From NCBI GenBank assembly GCA_951406725.2, contig OX597832.1, forward strand, positions 29,202,001 through 29,266,000: a stretch of 64,000 bases of DNA, given 5' to 3'. Positions 1 to 13,420 of the stretch are shown piece after piece. The notes under the pieces were generated by a model. The model searched no databases and was not told the origin of the DNA. It saw only the letters and a list, made by a program, of their open reading frames with translations. Made by a program: the position numbers and the translations under genes. Numbering within the stretch: the first letter of the stretch is position 1; every line of letters begins with the position of its first letter. The DNA comes from Octopus vulgaris (Eukaryota).

Positions 1-744
1 TGGTACTTATTTAATCAACCCCGAAAGGATGAAAGGCAAAGTCAACCTCGGCGGAATTTGAACTCAGAATGTAGCGGCAGACGAAATACCGGAAAGCATT
101 TCGCCTGGTGTACTAACTAACGTTTCTGTCAGCTTGCCGCCTTTTAACTGGATTATACCATTCTGTGGTACCTGCTTACAGCTGGGTGGCCTATGCTAAT
201 GAGGTTCATTGTGTTAGCCATAGATAGAGTGGTGGTGTTGATATAACAAGCTTACTGCTGACTTCTCTGTTTGTTGCTAGTTGACCGATCCACTGGACAT
301 TTGTAAATCCCCAACAGTTTTAAACCCCAGTTTGATTCAACAACAAACCTTGCAACATTTCTGCCTTTCTAGAAAGGCATGCTGCAAATTGGTGTCTTGT
401 CACGCAGTCTCTTTCTTTTCTTCTCCAGGCACAAGGCCCGAAATTTTTTGGGGAGGGGAGCCAGTTGATTAGATTGACCCCCAGTATGCAACTGGTACTT
501 AATTTATCGACACCGAAAGGATGGAAGGCAAAGTCAACCTCGGGTGGAATTTACCTCTTTATCTTGCTGCATGTGTCTTGTATGTTGTAGTTGTAACGTC
601 TTAAGGTTGTGATAAATAGCAGTCAGGGATTCTCCATAGTTTCCTCTATGTTGCAGTACAACAAACTATGTGATAAAGTTAAATGGTAAGAAAATTGTAA
701 ATATGGATATGCACACACACACACACACACCAATACACAGTCAC

Positions 745-775
<31 letters not shown>

Positions 776-915
776 GTGTGTGTATATATATCACCGTGAT
801 CACCGTGACCGACCAGGCTATCAGATGTAGTTACACATCGCTGGTCACAATGCGTTCGCATTGTTTTAGCCTTCGAACGACGCCACCCCGCTGGCTAAGT
901 GAGCAGGCCAGTGTG

Positions 916-966
<51 letters not shown>

Positions 967-1328
967 CACCATCATCATCATTTTTATCATTATTTAACGT
1001 CTGTTGCCCATGCTGGCATGGGTTGGATGGTTTGACCAGAGCTGGGAGGCTGCTCCAGACTCCAGTCTCATTTGGCATGGTTTTCTACGGATGGATGCCT
1101 TTCCTAACACCAACTGCTCCAAGAGTGTAATGGGTGCTTTTACATGCACCACCGGTATCTGCCACGACTGCAATTTTGCTCAGTTTGATGGGTCTTCTTC
1201 TCAATATATACATATATATATTATTCTTAAACAAAAACATTAAGGATAAATTTGTACAGTTACAAAAGCTTAGAGTAACCTATCAGATTAATGTAGAATA
1301 GTTTTTAGGATGACTAGACATAAGAACA

Positions 1329-1371
<43 letters not shown>

Positions 1372-1485
1372 TACATATGTATATGTCTGTATATATATAT
1401 ATATATATATATATACATAAATGTATATATATGTATATATATAAATGTATATATATATTATATATATGTGTATATAGATATATAT

Positions 1486-1524
<39 letters not shown>

Positions 1525-3830
1525 GTATATGTATATATATGCATACATATATGTACATGTTGTATATGTATATATAATATATATGTATATATATATATAA
1601 ATGTATATATATGTAGATATGTATGTACGTATGCCCACATACACATAAACACAAACCACACACACCCAGATATCCTCACCTAATTATACATAATTATGCT
1701 ACCACAACCTACACACGCACCCACATACATGTGCTGTTAACACACAGATGTATAAAGCACTCACACATTCTCACATATACACACGCATTATAATAATACC
1801 CATTACAACTGCCTAATCACACATTACTACAGTTGTATGTATACACACGTGCTACCAATATATGCATTCATATTATATATATACACACAATGCACATGCT
1901 TGCACGCACACGCATGTACCCTCTCTCTCCACCCAGCTCTGTTCCACCCTTAAACACTCTCTGCTCTATCATTAAATACTTACACCCAATACAAATCATT
2001 TTTCCACCCGATTAACTTGACACCAGTGTAAGGGTGGTGTGTGGGTGCCCTGAGTTTATATTCTATAGCTGCATCTAGCGCCCTCTGTTGTTGGTAACCA
2101 CTGACAACAATCACTCCCCCCACCTCTGTCTCTCTTTGTTGTAAACGCTGCCACCCCACTCCCATCCTTGTTCTTTTCTCACCAGCATCCTTTATGCCAG
2201 CATCCTTTCTTGCAAGTTGCACTCACTAGACTCGTAAAGGAGGAGGTGGTGTGGGGTAGGTGTATCTTAAACAATGCTACAATCAATGCCCTCCACCCTT
2301 AATACCCTTAATAAAATGGCTAAAGTGTAAGGACGGATGTCTGCTTAAAAATAACTTTTTCTTGTTGTTGTTGTTGTAACTTTGTGAATGGAAAGCGAGG
2401 TGTATTGCTCTGTTCTACTGAGTCCACCCTCCTCAGATACCCCTAATAAAATGGCCAGAATAAAAGATTAAACACAGACTGAGTTTGATTCTCTTTTATT
2501 GTTTTTTTTTATATATATGCCGGGTATTGGGTGGCCTATTGTTGCTGATGCTATGATTACAATGACATCGATACCCTCCACCCCATCTGATTGTCTCTAA
2601 TACCCCTAATGATATAACCAAAAGGACACATTACACAAACAATGCTGATCAAACTAAAAAAGAAAAAAAGCCTTTCTCTGGCTTTTTATAACCGAATCCA
2701 TGTCTTTTAATGGAGAAGCTGTGACCATAATTCTTGCAGCTGACTTCTAAAGACATTCTTGCCATGACCATCCTGTCTTTTATTCAGACCTTGTCTATCT
2801 AGGACTATATTATGTAATGTGCTCGTGGTGAACCTTCAATAGATTCAAAGACACTTTGCATATGATAATCCTGTCTTTTTATTCATTCTCGCATCTTGTG
2901 TATGTGTAGCTAAGAGTACATTATCCAAAGTACATAGATGCTGGCAGAGCCATGTGGATAAAAAGTTCTCTTTGCAAACAAAAGATCTGGTTTGGTCCAA
3001 ACCTTGTGCGCAAAAATGGGTCGAAAGAAACTGAGAGAAAGAACTCTCGGTCTTTGCTACTGGGACACAAACAGCCGGCGCAGAACCATGAGACAGTGTC
3101 CCTCCTATGGCAATCAGACAATTCTGGTAAAACAACATCCGATATTACTGCATTGTTTACTGGTCTTGAAAAGGACGAAAGGTAAAGTTTGACCTTACCT
3201 GGGTTTGAACTCACGACTCAAAGATCTGGAATAAATATCTCAGGGTTTTCTATAGAAAGATGGTTGTACTAATGTACCACCTTTATGGTTGTACTAGCGT
3301 GCCACCTTTGTGCTATGCTAACACCTTGTAACAGTAATATAAAACACCAGGTGTGTGTGTGTACGTGTGTGCACGTCCCCACCCCTGTTTCTCTGTTCTG
3401 AAAGCATCTGACATTTTTATTACTGGGGAGAATATCTGAACAATAGGGGTGGAAGCAGTCGTGCAAGTTATTCTTCTTCTTCTTCTTATTATTATTATTA
3501 TTATTATCATCATTGCAATACATGACAGCATGGAAAATGGGTGCTGAAAATGTATGATGATGATGATGATAATTGCACACACACACACACACACAGGTGC
3601 ACCTTTGTATAAACGTATACATCATCATCATCATCATCGTTTAGCGTCCGCTTTCCATGCTAGCATGGGTTGGACGGTTCAACTGGGGTCTGTGAAGGCT
3701 GCATCAGGCCCAGTCTGATCTGGCAGTGTTTCTACGGCTGGATGCCCTTCCTAACGCCAACCACTCCGTGAGTGTAGTGGGAGCTTTTTACGTGCCACCC
3801 GCACAGGTGCCAGACGGGTATGTATATATA

Positions 3831-4174
3831 CAGGGTGGCCCAAAAGTAGGTTTACAGTTACTCTCTTTTACTTATTTCAGTCATTTGACTGCGGCCATGC
3901 TGGAGCACCACCTTTAATCGAGCAACTCGACCCCGGGACTTATTCTTTGTAAGCCTGGTACTTATTCTATCAGTCTCTTTTGCCGAACCGCTAAGTGACA
4001 GGGACATAAACACACCAGCATCGGTTGTCAAGCGATGCTAGGGGGACAAACACAGACATACAAACATACACGCACACACGCATATATATATATATATATA
4101 TAAGGTTAATCCAAACGGGAAAACAGAAAAAACAACAACACGTGGAACAATTACAGTATTATTATTATTAGGCG

Positions 4175-4220
<46 letters not shown>

Positions 4221-4580
4221 TATATATACATATATACAACGGGCTTCTTTCAGTTTCCGTCTACCAAATCCACTCACAAGGCTTTGGTCGGCCCGAGGCT
4301 TATAGCAGAAGACAGTTGCCCAAGATGCCACGCAGTGGGACTGAACCCGGAACCATGTGGTTGGTAAGCAAGTTACTTACCACACAGCCACTCCTGCGCC
4401 AACTATCTCTTTCTCATTTATATTTTAACAGTTTAAATCTTAATTATAAAGAAACTATGAAACCATTATTCTTTGCTAATTTAGTTAATTGTAACATAAA
4501 AAATTTAATTTCCTGTAAAACATTTTATTACATTTAAAGTGCCAACATGATAACTGTAAACCTACTTTCGGGCCACCCTC
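3831..4580. mobile_element. Tc1/mariner-type MITE interrupted by a SINE
   Basis: 30-bp TIRs at 3831-60 and 4551-80 (2 mismatches; cagggtggcccaaaagtaggtttacagtta), with TA at 3829-30 and 4581-82. SINE-B occupies 3861-4400. Confidence 0.8.
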
Positions 4581-4734
4581 TATGCGTGTGTGTATATGTA
4601 TATACGTGTATGTGTGTGCATGCATATGTGTGTGTATATACGTGTATGTACCTCTGTGTATATATGTATGCATGCTTGTGTGTGCGTACATGTGTGTGTG
4701 TAAGTATATATATATATGTATGTATATAAATATA

Positions 4735-5075
4735 TGTATAGGGTGACCTGCTGTGCTTGAGGAGACCTATTGAGTCAAGTACATCAATATCAAATGGAAA
4801 TGGTAGTTGTGATACCTGTGCCGGTGGCACGTAAAAAGCACCATCCGAACATGGACGATGCCAGCGCTGCCTTGACTGGCTTCTGTGCCGGTGGCATGTA
4901 AAAAGCACCCACTACACTCACGGAGTGGTTGGCGTTAGGAAGGGCATCCAGCTGTAGAAACACTGCCAGATCAGACTGGAGCCTGGTGCAGCCTCCTGGC
5001 TTCCCAGACCCCGGTCGAACCGACCAACCCATGCCAGCATAGAAAACGGACATTAACTGATGATGATGATGATGT
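4735..5075 (+). mobile_element. SINE family C ((GAT)n tail; ggttggcgttaggaagggcatccagctgtagaaa central domain)
   Basis: More than 20 copies. Plus strand: 7830-8205, 11135-11320, 17270-17510, 22370-22590, 23740-24003, 38590-38800, 47460-47695, 60765-61005. Minus strand: 969-1200, 3620-3820, 27003-27195, 35380-35625, 45390-45760, 48220-48577, 52222-52530, 58833-59280, 61190-61880, 62330-62478. Confidence 0.88.
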
Positions 5076-5551
5076 GTCATACCAGCATGGAAAATGGACA
5101 TTAAAGGATGACAGTGATGTGTGTGTGTGTGTACAGTTGGAATGTTGTGTGATGTCTGCCAAAGGTCTTCAGGCTTCACTTTAACGAACTTCTTCTCTTT
5201 CACGAAACTTAATTACTTCAAATAAAATATTTTTCAGTTGACACTCAAATATGCCAGGCTTCTGTATCGTAATTAAAATTAAAATACGATGTAAGTCATC
5301 GTTTTTTTATTCTTTTTTCTTTTTTCCTAATAGCTCACATGGTGGCGGTGGTGACTATGCTGGTGGTGGGGGTGTCTGCTACACTAATCTCTTAAACCAA
5401 ACTATGAAATTCCTTGGTTTTGGTAACACTTCGCTTGGTTATTAAAAGTACTTTTCTGCCCGCCTTCAGTAGAGTGTAGGATAAGACCAAACCAGATTCT
5501 AAGTTGTCTTCGCTATTTGCTCAGAGGAAATATGGAAAATATTAATATTAT

Positions 5552-5894
5552 TTTTACGGAGATGTACTTGCATAGCAAGTGACCTGATCTGAGATCGTGT
5601 GCAGGAACGAAAACAATCGCAGCGTGAAAGGTGTTTATAAGCCATTTAAGAAACACACAAAAACCGTTAGATTCACTTCAACATTTAAATTTAATTTGTC
5701 AAAATATTTTCATCGCTATGAGACCGCGACCTGTCCACTGACAAAACTCTGTGCTCCATCTCAGAATTTTGTCAGTGAACAGGTCGCGGTCTCAAAGCGA
5801 TGAAAATATTTTGATAAATTAAATTTAAATGTTGAAGTGAATCTAACGGTTTTTGTGTGTTTCTTAAATGGCTTATAAACACCTTCCACACTGC
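5552..5894. repeat. Palindromic (foldback) MITE-like element
   Basis: Arms 5619-5751 and 5762-5894 (about 133 bp, few mismatches) around a 10-nt loop. Confidence 0.85.
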
Positions 5895-5962
5895 AATTAT
5901 TAATATTATTGATTGATTAATATCCTTATATTCTCACAATTATTTCTAGATTATACATTCAT

Positions 5963-6284
5963 GCACTCCATTGGTTACAACGACGAGAGTCCCAGCTGAT
6001 CTGATCAATGGAATAGCTTGTTTGTGAAATTTAACATGCAAGTGGCTGAGCACTCCACAGACTCATGGACCCTTAACGTAGTTCTCAGGGAGATTCAGCA
6101 TGACACAGAGTATGACAAGGCTGGCCCTTTGAAATACATGTACTACTCATTTTTGCCAGCTGAGTGGACTGGAGCAACGTGAAATAAAGTGTCTTGCTCA
6201 AGGACAGAAAACGCCACCCAGAATTGAACTCACGACCTTACAATTATGAGGTGAATGCCAAAACCACTAAGCCATGCACCTTCA
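5963..6284 (-). mobile_element. SINE family D (tRNA-derived)
   Basis: Minus strand head gcatggcttagtggttttgg…gtgagttcaattc…tgtccttgagcaagacacttta. Head fragments also at about 18425-18470 and 42455-42570. Confidence 0.75.
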
Positions 6285-6944
6285 CTATATATATATATAT
6301 ATATATATATCATCATCATCACTTCTGTGACTGTTTTGGCAGGATTTTTACAGCTAGATGCCCTTCCAAACACCAACCACTTTACAGTGTGGACTGGGTG
6401 CTTTTAAGTGGCACCTGCACTGACTGGGTCACCGAGTACTTGCAAGACAAAAGCCTTTTAAGAGGAGAGGAAGCATTGAAGGAGGTGATGATGAAAAGGT
6501 TACAGTGAGACAGATATAGGTGTCTAGCTGAAGAGGAAATACGAGGTTATTGAAGCATTGTGATATGTAAATGATAAAGGTATTTTATAAATCCTTTGAG
6601 CGATGCAGGTGAGAGGTTATGCAAAATATTTAAGGTGATGCCAGTAAATAGAAACAGCAGATATTGTATTGCCTTACATAGTTTAATACTTCTAGTATAT
6701 TTCGGGAAAGATTCCCCTTATCAAATATAAGAAAACATGTTATCAGCAGGCTCTTCTGATATATATATTTCTTGGAATTCTTCACAATAGTATTTGGTTC
6801 TACTTGTCATACATGAAGAATTACTTTGGTCTTACATTTACTGGTATCTGATTGTTGGATATACTTAACTAAATTCGTTTAACACTGACTGCTTTATTGA
6901 TATTTGCCTGGATTTCTTTAATCTCTTTTTTTTCTTCTAATTAC

Positions 6945-7009
<65 letters not shown>

Positions 7010-7439
7010 AGTATTGCTTCCTTTGTGTCCCCTTTCCCTCACACTTTTTGTATAAACCCAACACAATGTTGGATAGCCCTAGACCTCTGTTCCCTTCTTC
7101 TCAGTAACCCCTATCACTAATCCCTTCCCATCCCTCATCCCTTCCCATCTAGGATCATTATTCATTGTCTTCTATTCTCTCCAGCCATAAGGGCCACTTT
7201 AAACAAATTATGAGGCAGTCATCACTAGTGCTGGTGCCATGGAGAAAAAAAGCACCCAGGTCACACTGTAGAATAGTTTGGTATTAGGAAAGGCATCTAA
7301 CTGCAGGAACTATGCCAAAACGGACATTGGTGCCACACACAGTCCTCTGGCTTGTCAAGCCCTCTCACACCATTCTATCCATACCAGTATGGAAACCAGA
7401 CATTAAGTGATGATATAATATATATCTGAATATATATTA

Positions 7440-7523
7440 TCTCTGATGAGATTTTTGCCTAATATAGTGATTTAATAATTGCTATTTTAATCTTTAGGCT
7501 TAATTGAAACAGCTGTAAGAGAT
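7440..7523 (+). ncRNA. Hammerhead-like motif with palindromic loop III (GAAAC-AGCU-GUA)
   Basis: tct CTGATGA(7443-49), then a long imperfect stem II (gcctaa…ttaggc), GAAAC(7506-10) AGCT GTA aga. Stem I is only 3 bp. Confidence 0.55.
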
Positions 7524-7545
7524 TATGTTGGATTTTTGCAGATTT

Positions 7546-7737
7546 TTAGTTAGTTAATTTTTGGCTCAAAAGCAAAAAGCAAGGCCATGTAGGGGGACAT
7601 GGAGTTAAGTACAGGGTGGTGTTCATGTAAAGAGTTCAGGCCACTTGAGGTCAAGGGAGACTTTGAACAAAGCGGTCGTCGGCATCTTCACCATCTTGTC
7701 TGGCAGCTTTGTTCCACGGATCCGCAACCCGGACGGG
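7546..7737 (-). mobile_element. CR1-clade LINE 3' end (second copy)
   Basis: Near-identical reverse complement of 39265-39460, including the (TAAC)n tail. Confidence 0.85.
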
Positions 7738-8379
7738 TTTTTATTAGATGCTTTATCTCCATCTTCTTAATTTTCTTTTGAATGATTATAAACCATTATA
7801 TATATATATATAAAGCCAGGTGAAATCGTAGTTGTGGACATGGCTGGTGTCATGTAAGTGGCACTTGTGAAATTATAATTGTGGCCCATGACAGTAGCAT
7901 GATCTTCAAATGTTGGGCCTCACAGAGGTGAGGGATGAGGTGGTGAAGCATGATCTTTGAATGTTGGGCCTCATGGAGATGCTGACAAGTGACTGAGACC
8001 ATGGCAATATGCTGTGCTGGTGACATGTAAAAAGCTCCCATTACATTCTTGGAGTGGTTGGCATTGGGGAGGGCATGCAGCCGTAGAAACCATGCCAAAT
8101 CAGACTGGAACCTGGTGCAACTCTCTGGCTTACCAGTTCCAGTCAAACTGTCTGACCCATGCCAGCATGGAAAATGGATGCTAAAGGATGATGGTGATGA
8201 CGATAACCAGATGAGGGTTGGTGACAGGAAAGGCATTCCGGCTGTAAATATTCTGCCTCAACAGATTCTGTTCAACCGATGCAGGCATAGATAAGAGGAT
8301 GTTAAAACTATGATGATGATGATGATGATGTCTCTGGTTGTATACTGCCATATTTTCTATTTCTGTGTTCCATCTAAAG

Positions 8380-8594
8380 CAGCGGTTCCAACCGTTTTGC
8401 ACTTGTGACCCCTTACCCAAAAGCTTGAAACCCACATGACCCCTTACTATCAGCAGAGCATAAAAAAATGTTATTGATGAGTTAAAATTACTATTATCCC
8501 AAGCCACTTCTAGCAAGGCTAGGCAACCCCACTGCCAAGGCTTTGCGACCCCCACCTCCAGAGGGGGTCAGGAACAACCGGTTGGTAACCCCTG
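8380..8594. mobile_element. hAT (Charlie-like) MITE
   Basis: Perfect 8-bp TSD ATCTAAAG (8372-79, 8595-8602); TIRs cagcggttccaaccg / cggttggtaacccctg. Confidence 0.82.
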
Positions 8595-9103
8595 ATCTAA
8601 AGTGAGATGGGTCTCCTTCAGTTTCTAGTTGTTTCACCAACTGAAGTGTCTGTATGTCAGTGGTTGACTATGCCACAGACACAGGGTGTACCCTTAACAT
8701 AATTCTGGGGTTGAATCAACAAGATACAATATGTAGCATGGCTGGATCCTTGAAATACACATGCAACCCAACCGATAGCCCCTCATACGGGTCCTGTTTG
8801 CACATTTTCATTCACAAGGTTAGAGATGACCGAAGGCTATTGCAAAAGACTGACCAAAGGTGCCAAGTAGTGGATTGAAGATGGAATCCTGTTATTGTGA
8901 AGGGAACCTCACCATTTAACCCTGCTGCACTCAGTGTCCCTTGAGTTCTCATGCACACATCTGTATGGCATCACAGACCTCACACACACCTGATATAGTC
9001 TTCTACATATACACAGTATTAATACACCTGTATACATCATACAGCATCACTGATCATATATATACGTAATATATACCCCTCTATATCATGGTATTGACAA
9101 AAC

Positions 9104-9360
9104 TATCAGATGTTGTTATACATCGCTGGTCACAATGCACTTTGCATTGTTTTAGCTTTCAAGCGATGCCATCCCACTGGTCAAGTGAGCAGGCCGACAT
9201 TCTCCCCGATCGGACGGCCCATTTACAGGTGAGTGAACTGGCACACTGGTGAAATGAAGGGTTTTGCTCAAGAACACAAGACGCTGCCTGGTCCAGGAAT
9301 CGAACCCAAGATCTAACAACCCTGAGTGCAACACCCTAACCACTAGGCCTTCGCAACCTC
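9104..9360 (-). mobile_element. SINE family E (tRNA-derived)
   Basis: Head ggcctagtggttagggtg…ggttcgattcc; the 3' part is shared with 791-911. Confidence 0.72.
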
Positions 9361-9420
9361 TCTACATATGTCTAATGTATTTTGACGTGTGTAAATTCTT
9401 TGGTGGTATATGGTAGAACC

Positions 9421-9482
<62 letters not shown>

Positions 9483-9649
9483 AAAATAAGCAACTAGGAT
9501 ATCCAGAGGTAATGCAGTACAAATCATACTGCATTACCTCTGGCTATTTTGTTGCTTATTTTGATGTTAATCAACTTCTTTTGAAATTGTATGGATAATA
9601 CCGTACTAAATTCTGGTGCCTCAACTTAAGTACCATATTCATATTGATC

Positions 9650-9696
<47 letters not shown>

Positions 9697-9901
9697 ATCT
9701 TAGGGTAGCAAGAATATTTATCGCAAAAATTTTTGTTACCAGTGGTCTAGCAAGAAGGAAAAAATTTAGTCAATAGACTATACATTATTCAGAGAAGAAT
9801 ACAATGTACATTCAAACACCAAAAGAGATACCCAAGAAATAGGATATCTGACTCACTAGAAAGAGCAGTTAAACTCCAAGCCACTAATTGTTGTAATTTT
9901 G

Positions 9902-9938
<37 letters not shown>

Positions 9939-9940
<2 letters not shown>

Positions 9941-10329
9941 CACAGGAGTGGCTGTGTGGTAAGTAGCTTGCTTACCAACCACATGGTTCTGGGTTCAATC
10001 CCACTGCGTGGCACCTTGGGCAAGTGTCTTCTGCTATAGCCCCGGGTCGACCAATGCCTTGTGAGTGGATTTGGTAGACGGAAACTGAAAGAAGCCTGTC
10101 GTATATATCTATATATATATATGTGTATGTGTGTCTGTGTTTGTCCCCTTAGCATTGCTTGACAACCGATGCTGGTGTGTTTATGTCCCTGTCACTTAGC
10201 GGTTCGGCAAAAGAGACCGATAGAATAAGTACTGGGCTTACAAAGAATAAGTCCCGGGGTCGATTTGATCGACTAAAGACAGTGCTCCAGCATGGCCACA
10301 GTCAAATGACTGAAACAAAGTAAAAGAGT
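9939..10329 (+). mobile_element. SINE family B (tRNA-derived head, CORE-like segment, internal (TA)n/(TG)n), full-length copy
   Basis: ggcacaggagtggctgtgtggtaag…gggttcaatccc…ggcaccttgggcaagtg…tgactgaaacaaagtaaaagag. Other copies: 3861-4400(-), 11355-11545(-), 14170-14461(-), 23465-23620(-), 27496-27620(+), 30950-31120(+), 31975-32180(+), 51415-51735(-), 56670-57200(+), 63940-64000(-). Confidence 0.9.
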
Positions 10330-12050
10330 ATATATATGAATAGATAGATAGATAGATAGATATGATAGTCAATATGTATACTTAACACTTAGCTGTTCTT
10401 TATTCAGGCAGTGGCATCTTTAAATAATTAAATTCTGAAATATTTTTATGCTAACGAATATTCAATTATTGTAGCTTTTCTACCCAACAATCCATCCATC
10501 CAACCACCCACCCATCCACCCATCTCTCTCTCTCTCTCTCTCTCTTCCTTTCCATGTATATCTGTGTCTGTCTGTGTGTCTATTTCTAATTAATATACTC
10601 CCAATAAGTCTGTATATTAAAAGCAGCGTTAACACCGTCTTTACCTGTGTTCAAGACAAAAGAAAGAAAAGTTAACAATAGCTCCCTTCCCCCCCTCCCC
10701 CCACCTCCCTCCACCTCCCCCTCTCTCTCTGCCGTGTTTCACCTGACTGCACATGCACATGTAGCAGTCGCTTACATAAAAGTGCACTTTGTAACACGCA
10801 TCTCGTCTCTGCTGCTGTTTATCGATTGGGTCTCGTCATTTTCATTAAATAATTAAATGTCATTCAAGCAACAAACTTAATTTTAATTAATATTTCAATT
10901 ATTTTATATATATATTTTGTTTTTGTTGTTTTTTGTTAATCCCCTGAACAGGAAGGAAATAAGAATATTTTAAAAGATTATATCAAATATCATTAGACTC
11001 AATCTAGCTTCGATTTCTCATGCCAACCGTTCTAGGCCGTTTCACGCATCACTGGATCTTTCAAAAGAAAGGCATGCATCTCACTTAATCTCTTATCATT
11101 CCATTCCATTCTTATCAAGAATGTATTAAGGTAGCCGGTGGCACGTAAAAAGCACCACTACACTCACGGTGTGGTTGGCGTTAGGAAGGACACCTAGCTG
11201 TAGAAACCTTGCCAGATCAGATTGGGGCCTGGTGCAGCCTTTTGGCTTGCCAGCCCTCTGTCAAACCGTCCAACCCATGCCAGCATGGAAAGTGGACGTT
11301 AAATAATGAATGATGATGATAGCTAAATCTACCTTAGTCTGTCATAAATATATATATATATTCTTTTACCTGTTTCAGTCATTTGACTGTCACCATGCTG
11401 GAGCACCACCTATAGTCGAACAAATCGACCCCAGAAGTTATACTTTGTAAGCCTAGTACTTATTCCATCAGTCACTTTTGTTGAACTGCTAAGTTTCAGA
11501 GATGTGAACACACCAACATCGGTTGTCAAGCATGGTGAGGGGGTGCCAAACAGGCGTAAAGACACACCACTACTTCTGCGCCTATACTATAAATCTACTC
11601 CGGTACTTGACTAGTGTTTTATTTTATTAGCCCCAGATAGGTGAATGGTAAAGTGGGGTTTGGTAAGATTTGAACCCAGAACATGAAGAGCCATGTCCTC
11701 AATTTCACTTCATTTCTCACATCCAAATCTGATCCCTTGAGTAAGCACCTAGGAATTTTTAAGTTTGCATCCCGGTTGCTGATATCTCGCTTCATTTACT
11801 TACATCTTCAAGAAATTGCCTTTGAGAAAGGCATGAATGTCACATAATCTCATCTCCCCCCCCCCCCTGCAGCTCACATCATGTGAGTCTATGCCAGTAT
11901 GTATGTCAGTGTATGTGTTTGTGTGTGTGTGTGTGTGGGTGGGTGTGTGATCTTCAATTTTTATCTAAAAATCGATAAGGTGAAAAGATTAGTGTTTCTT
12001 TGAAATGTAATTAGTGGTTGTAATTAAGGAAGAGCAATAAAATGTTTGAA

Positions 12051-12064
12051 AGGTCAAGAGGTCA
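12051..12064 (+). promoter_or_regulatory. Perfect DR2 nuclear-receptor-type element (candidate)
   Basis: AGGTCA-AG-AGGTCA in non-repetitive sequence near TAATTA and CTTTGAA motifs. Function is unproven. Confidence 0.3.
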
Positions 12065-13420
12065 AATGTTGGTGCTGGCATTTACCATGTTGAAGTTCAT
12101 TTATTATGATATATGATTAACTCTGTGGGATAAGATTCTTCCATAATGGTCTAGTGGGGGGTTAAAACCAACACACACACACAGAAGAGCAATGTGGGTG
12201 CTTGCACTTGGTCATTCCATCTGCTAGAAATAACAGCTTAATCTCCCTAAAATCATATGATTCTGTATTAAAATAAGGCAGATACATTGGATAACATAAT
12301 CCAAAATACACTGCATGAAATAAGAGGTGGTCATGGTTGGAATTCTTTTGATCACAGGTCTGCTGATTCAGTGCTTACATGTGACTAAACAACAAATTAT
12401 ATAAAATTTTTAAAACCTGCCAAAAATACTCTTCTCACCCTTCTCTCTTTTCCTCCTTTTCTCCCATTCCCCCTCCTCTTTCTCTCTAATATATCTTACT
12501 GTTTTTACCCAGCTTTCCACAATTACTCCATTCCCACCCACTCCTCTAGCCTCCCCTTCAATACATCTCTTCTCCCCCTTCCTCTCCCTGCTCCTCTCTC
12601 TTTGAATTCTTCACTGGCACCATTTCTTTAATAATTTACCAAATCTTCCAATCACACTGGAGTCAGCTTGTTTTTTTTTTTTGAGGGGTGGATCAAATCC
12701 TAGCCTCTGGATGCTAATGGTCAGGTCACCTGGCATAGAACACCTCTGCTTCAACTTTGGAGAATTTAAAACTTTTTTCCCTTATTTTACCACTTGGAAT
12801 TCTCATCTGAATACAAACTTTTTTATAGCCTTTTATATAGCGTTGGGCCAAACAAAGACTTGTGAGTGGATTTTGTAGACAAAACTGAAAGAAGCTCATT
12901 GTGTGTGTATATATATATGTCTATCTCTCTCCCTCTCTTGTTCTTCACCCTTTCTGGTTTTCTCTCTCACCCTTCCCTATTCTTCTCCTCTCCTCTTCAG
13001 CATTCCCTCTCTCTCACTCCTCCTCCTCAACTCTCTTATCGCTGACACGTGACGAAAGGAAATCTAATCTTTCTGCCCATTTCCTTCCTAAAGACAATAC
13101 GTGCTTATACCTGTCTCCTCTCATAAGTTCATCTTCCTAGCGTTCATATTAATTTTTCTATCATCTTTTTGCCTAAAGATTCTGCCAGCTCGCCGCCTTA
13201 ATAATAATAATAATCATCATCATCATCATACGTCGATAATTAATAATAAGGTATAAGTTAGAGGTGTTTAAACCCTCTAAGGGATAGATGTATTCAAAGG
13301 CACTCCTGGTAATTACCTCAGTAAGTATGGTCCTTGGTATAAGGTATATGGCTGCAGGTAATTTGCAAGGTAAACCTTAGTTCAATGTATATATAGACAA
13401 TAAGAAAATGAAGGAAAAAC

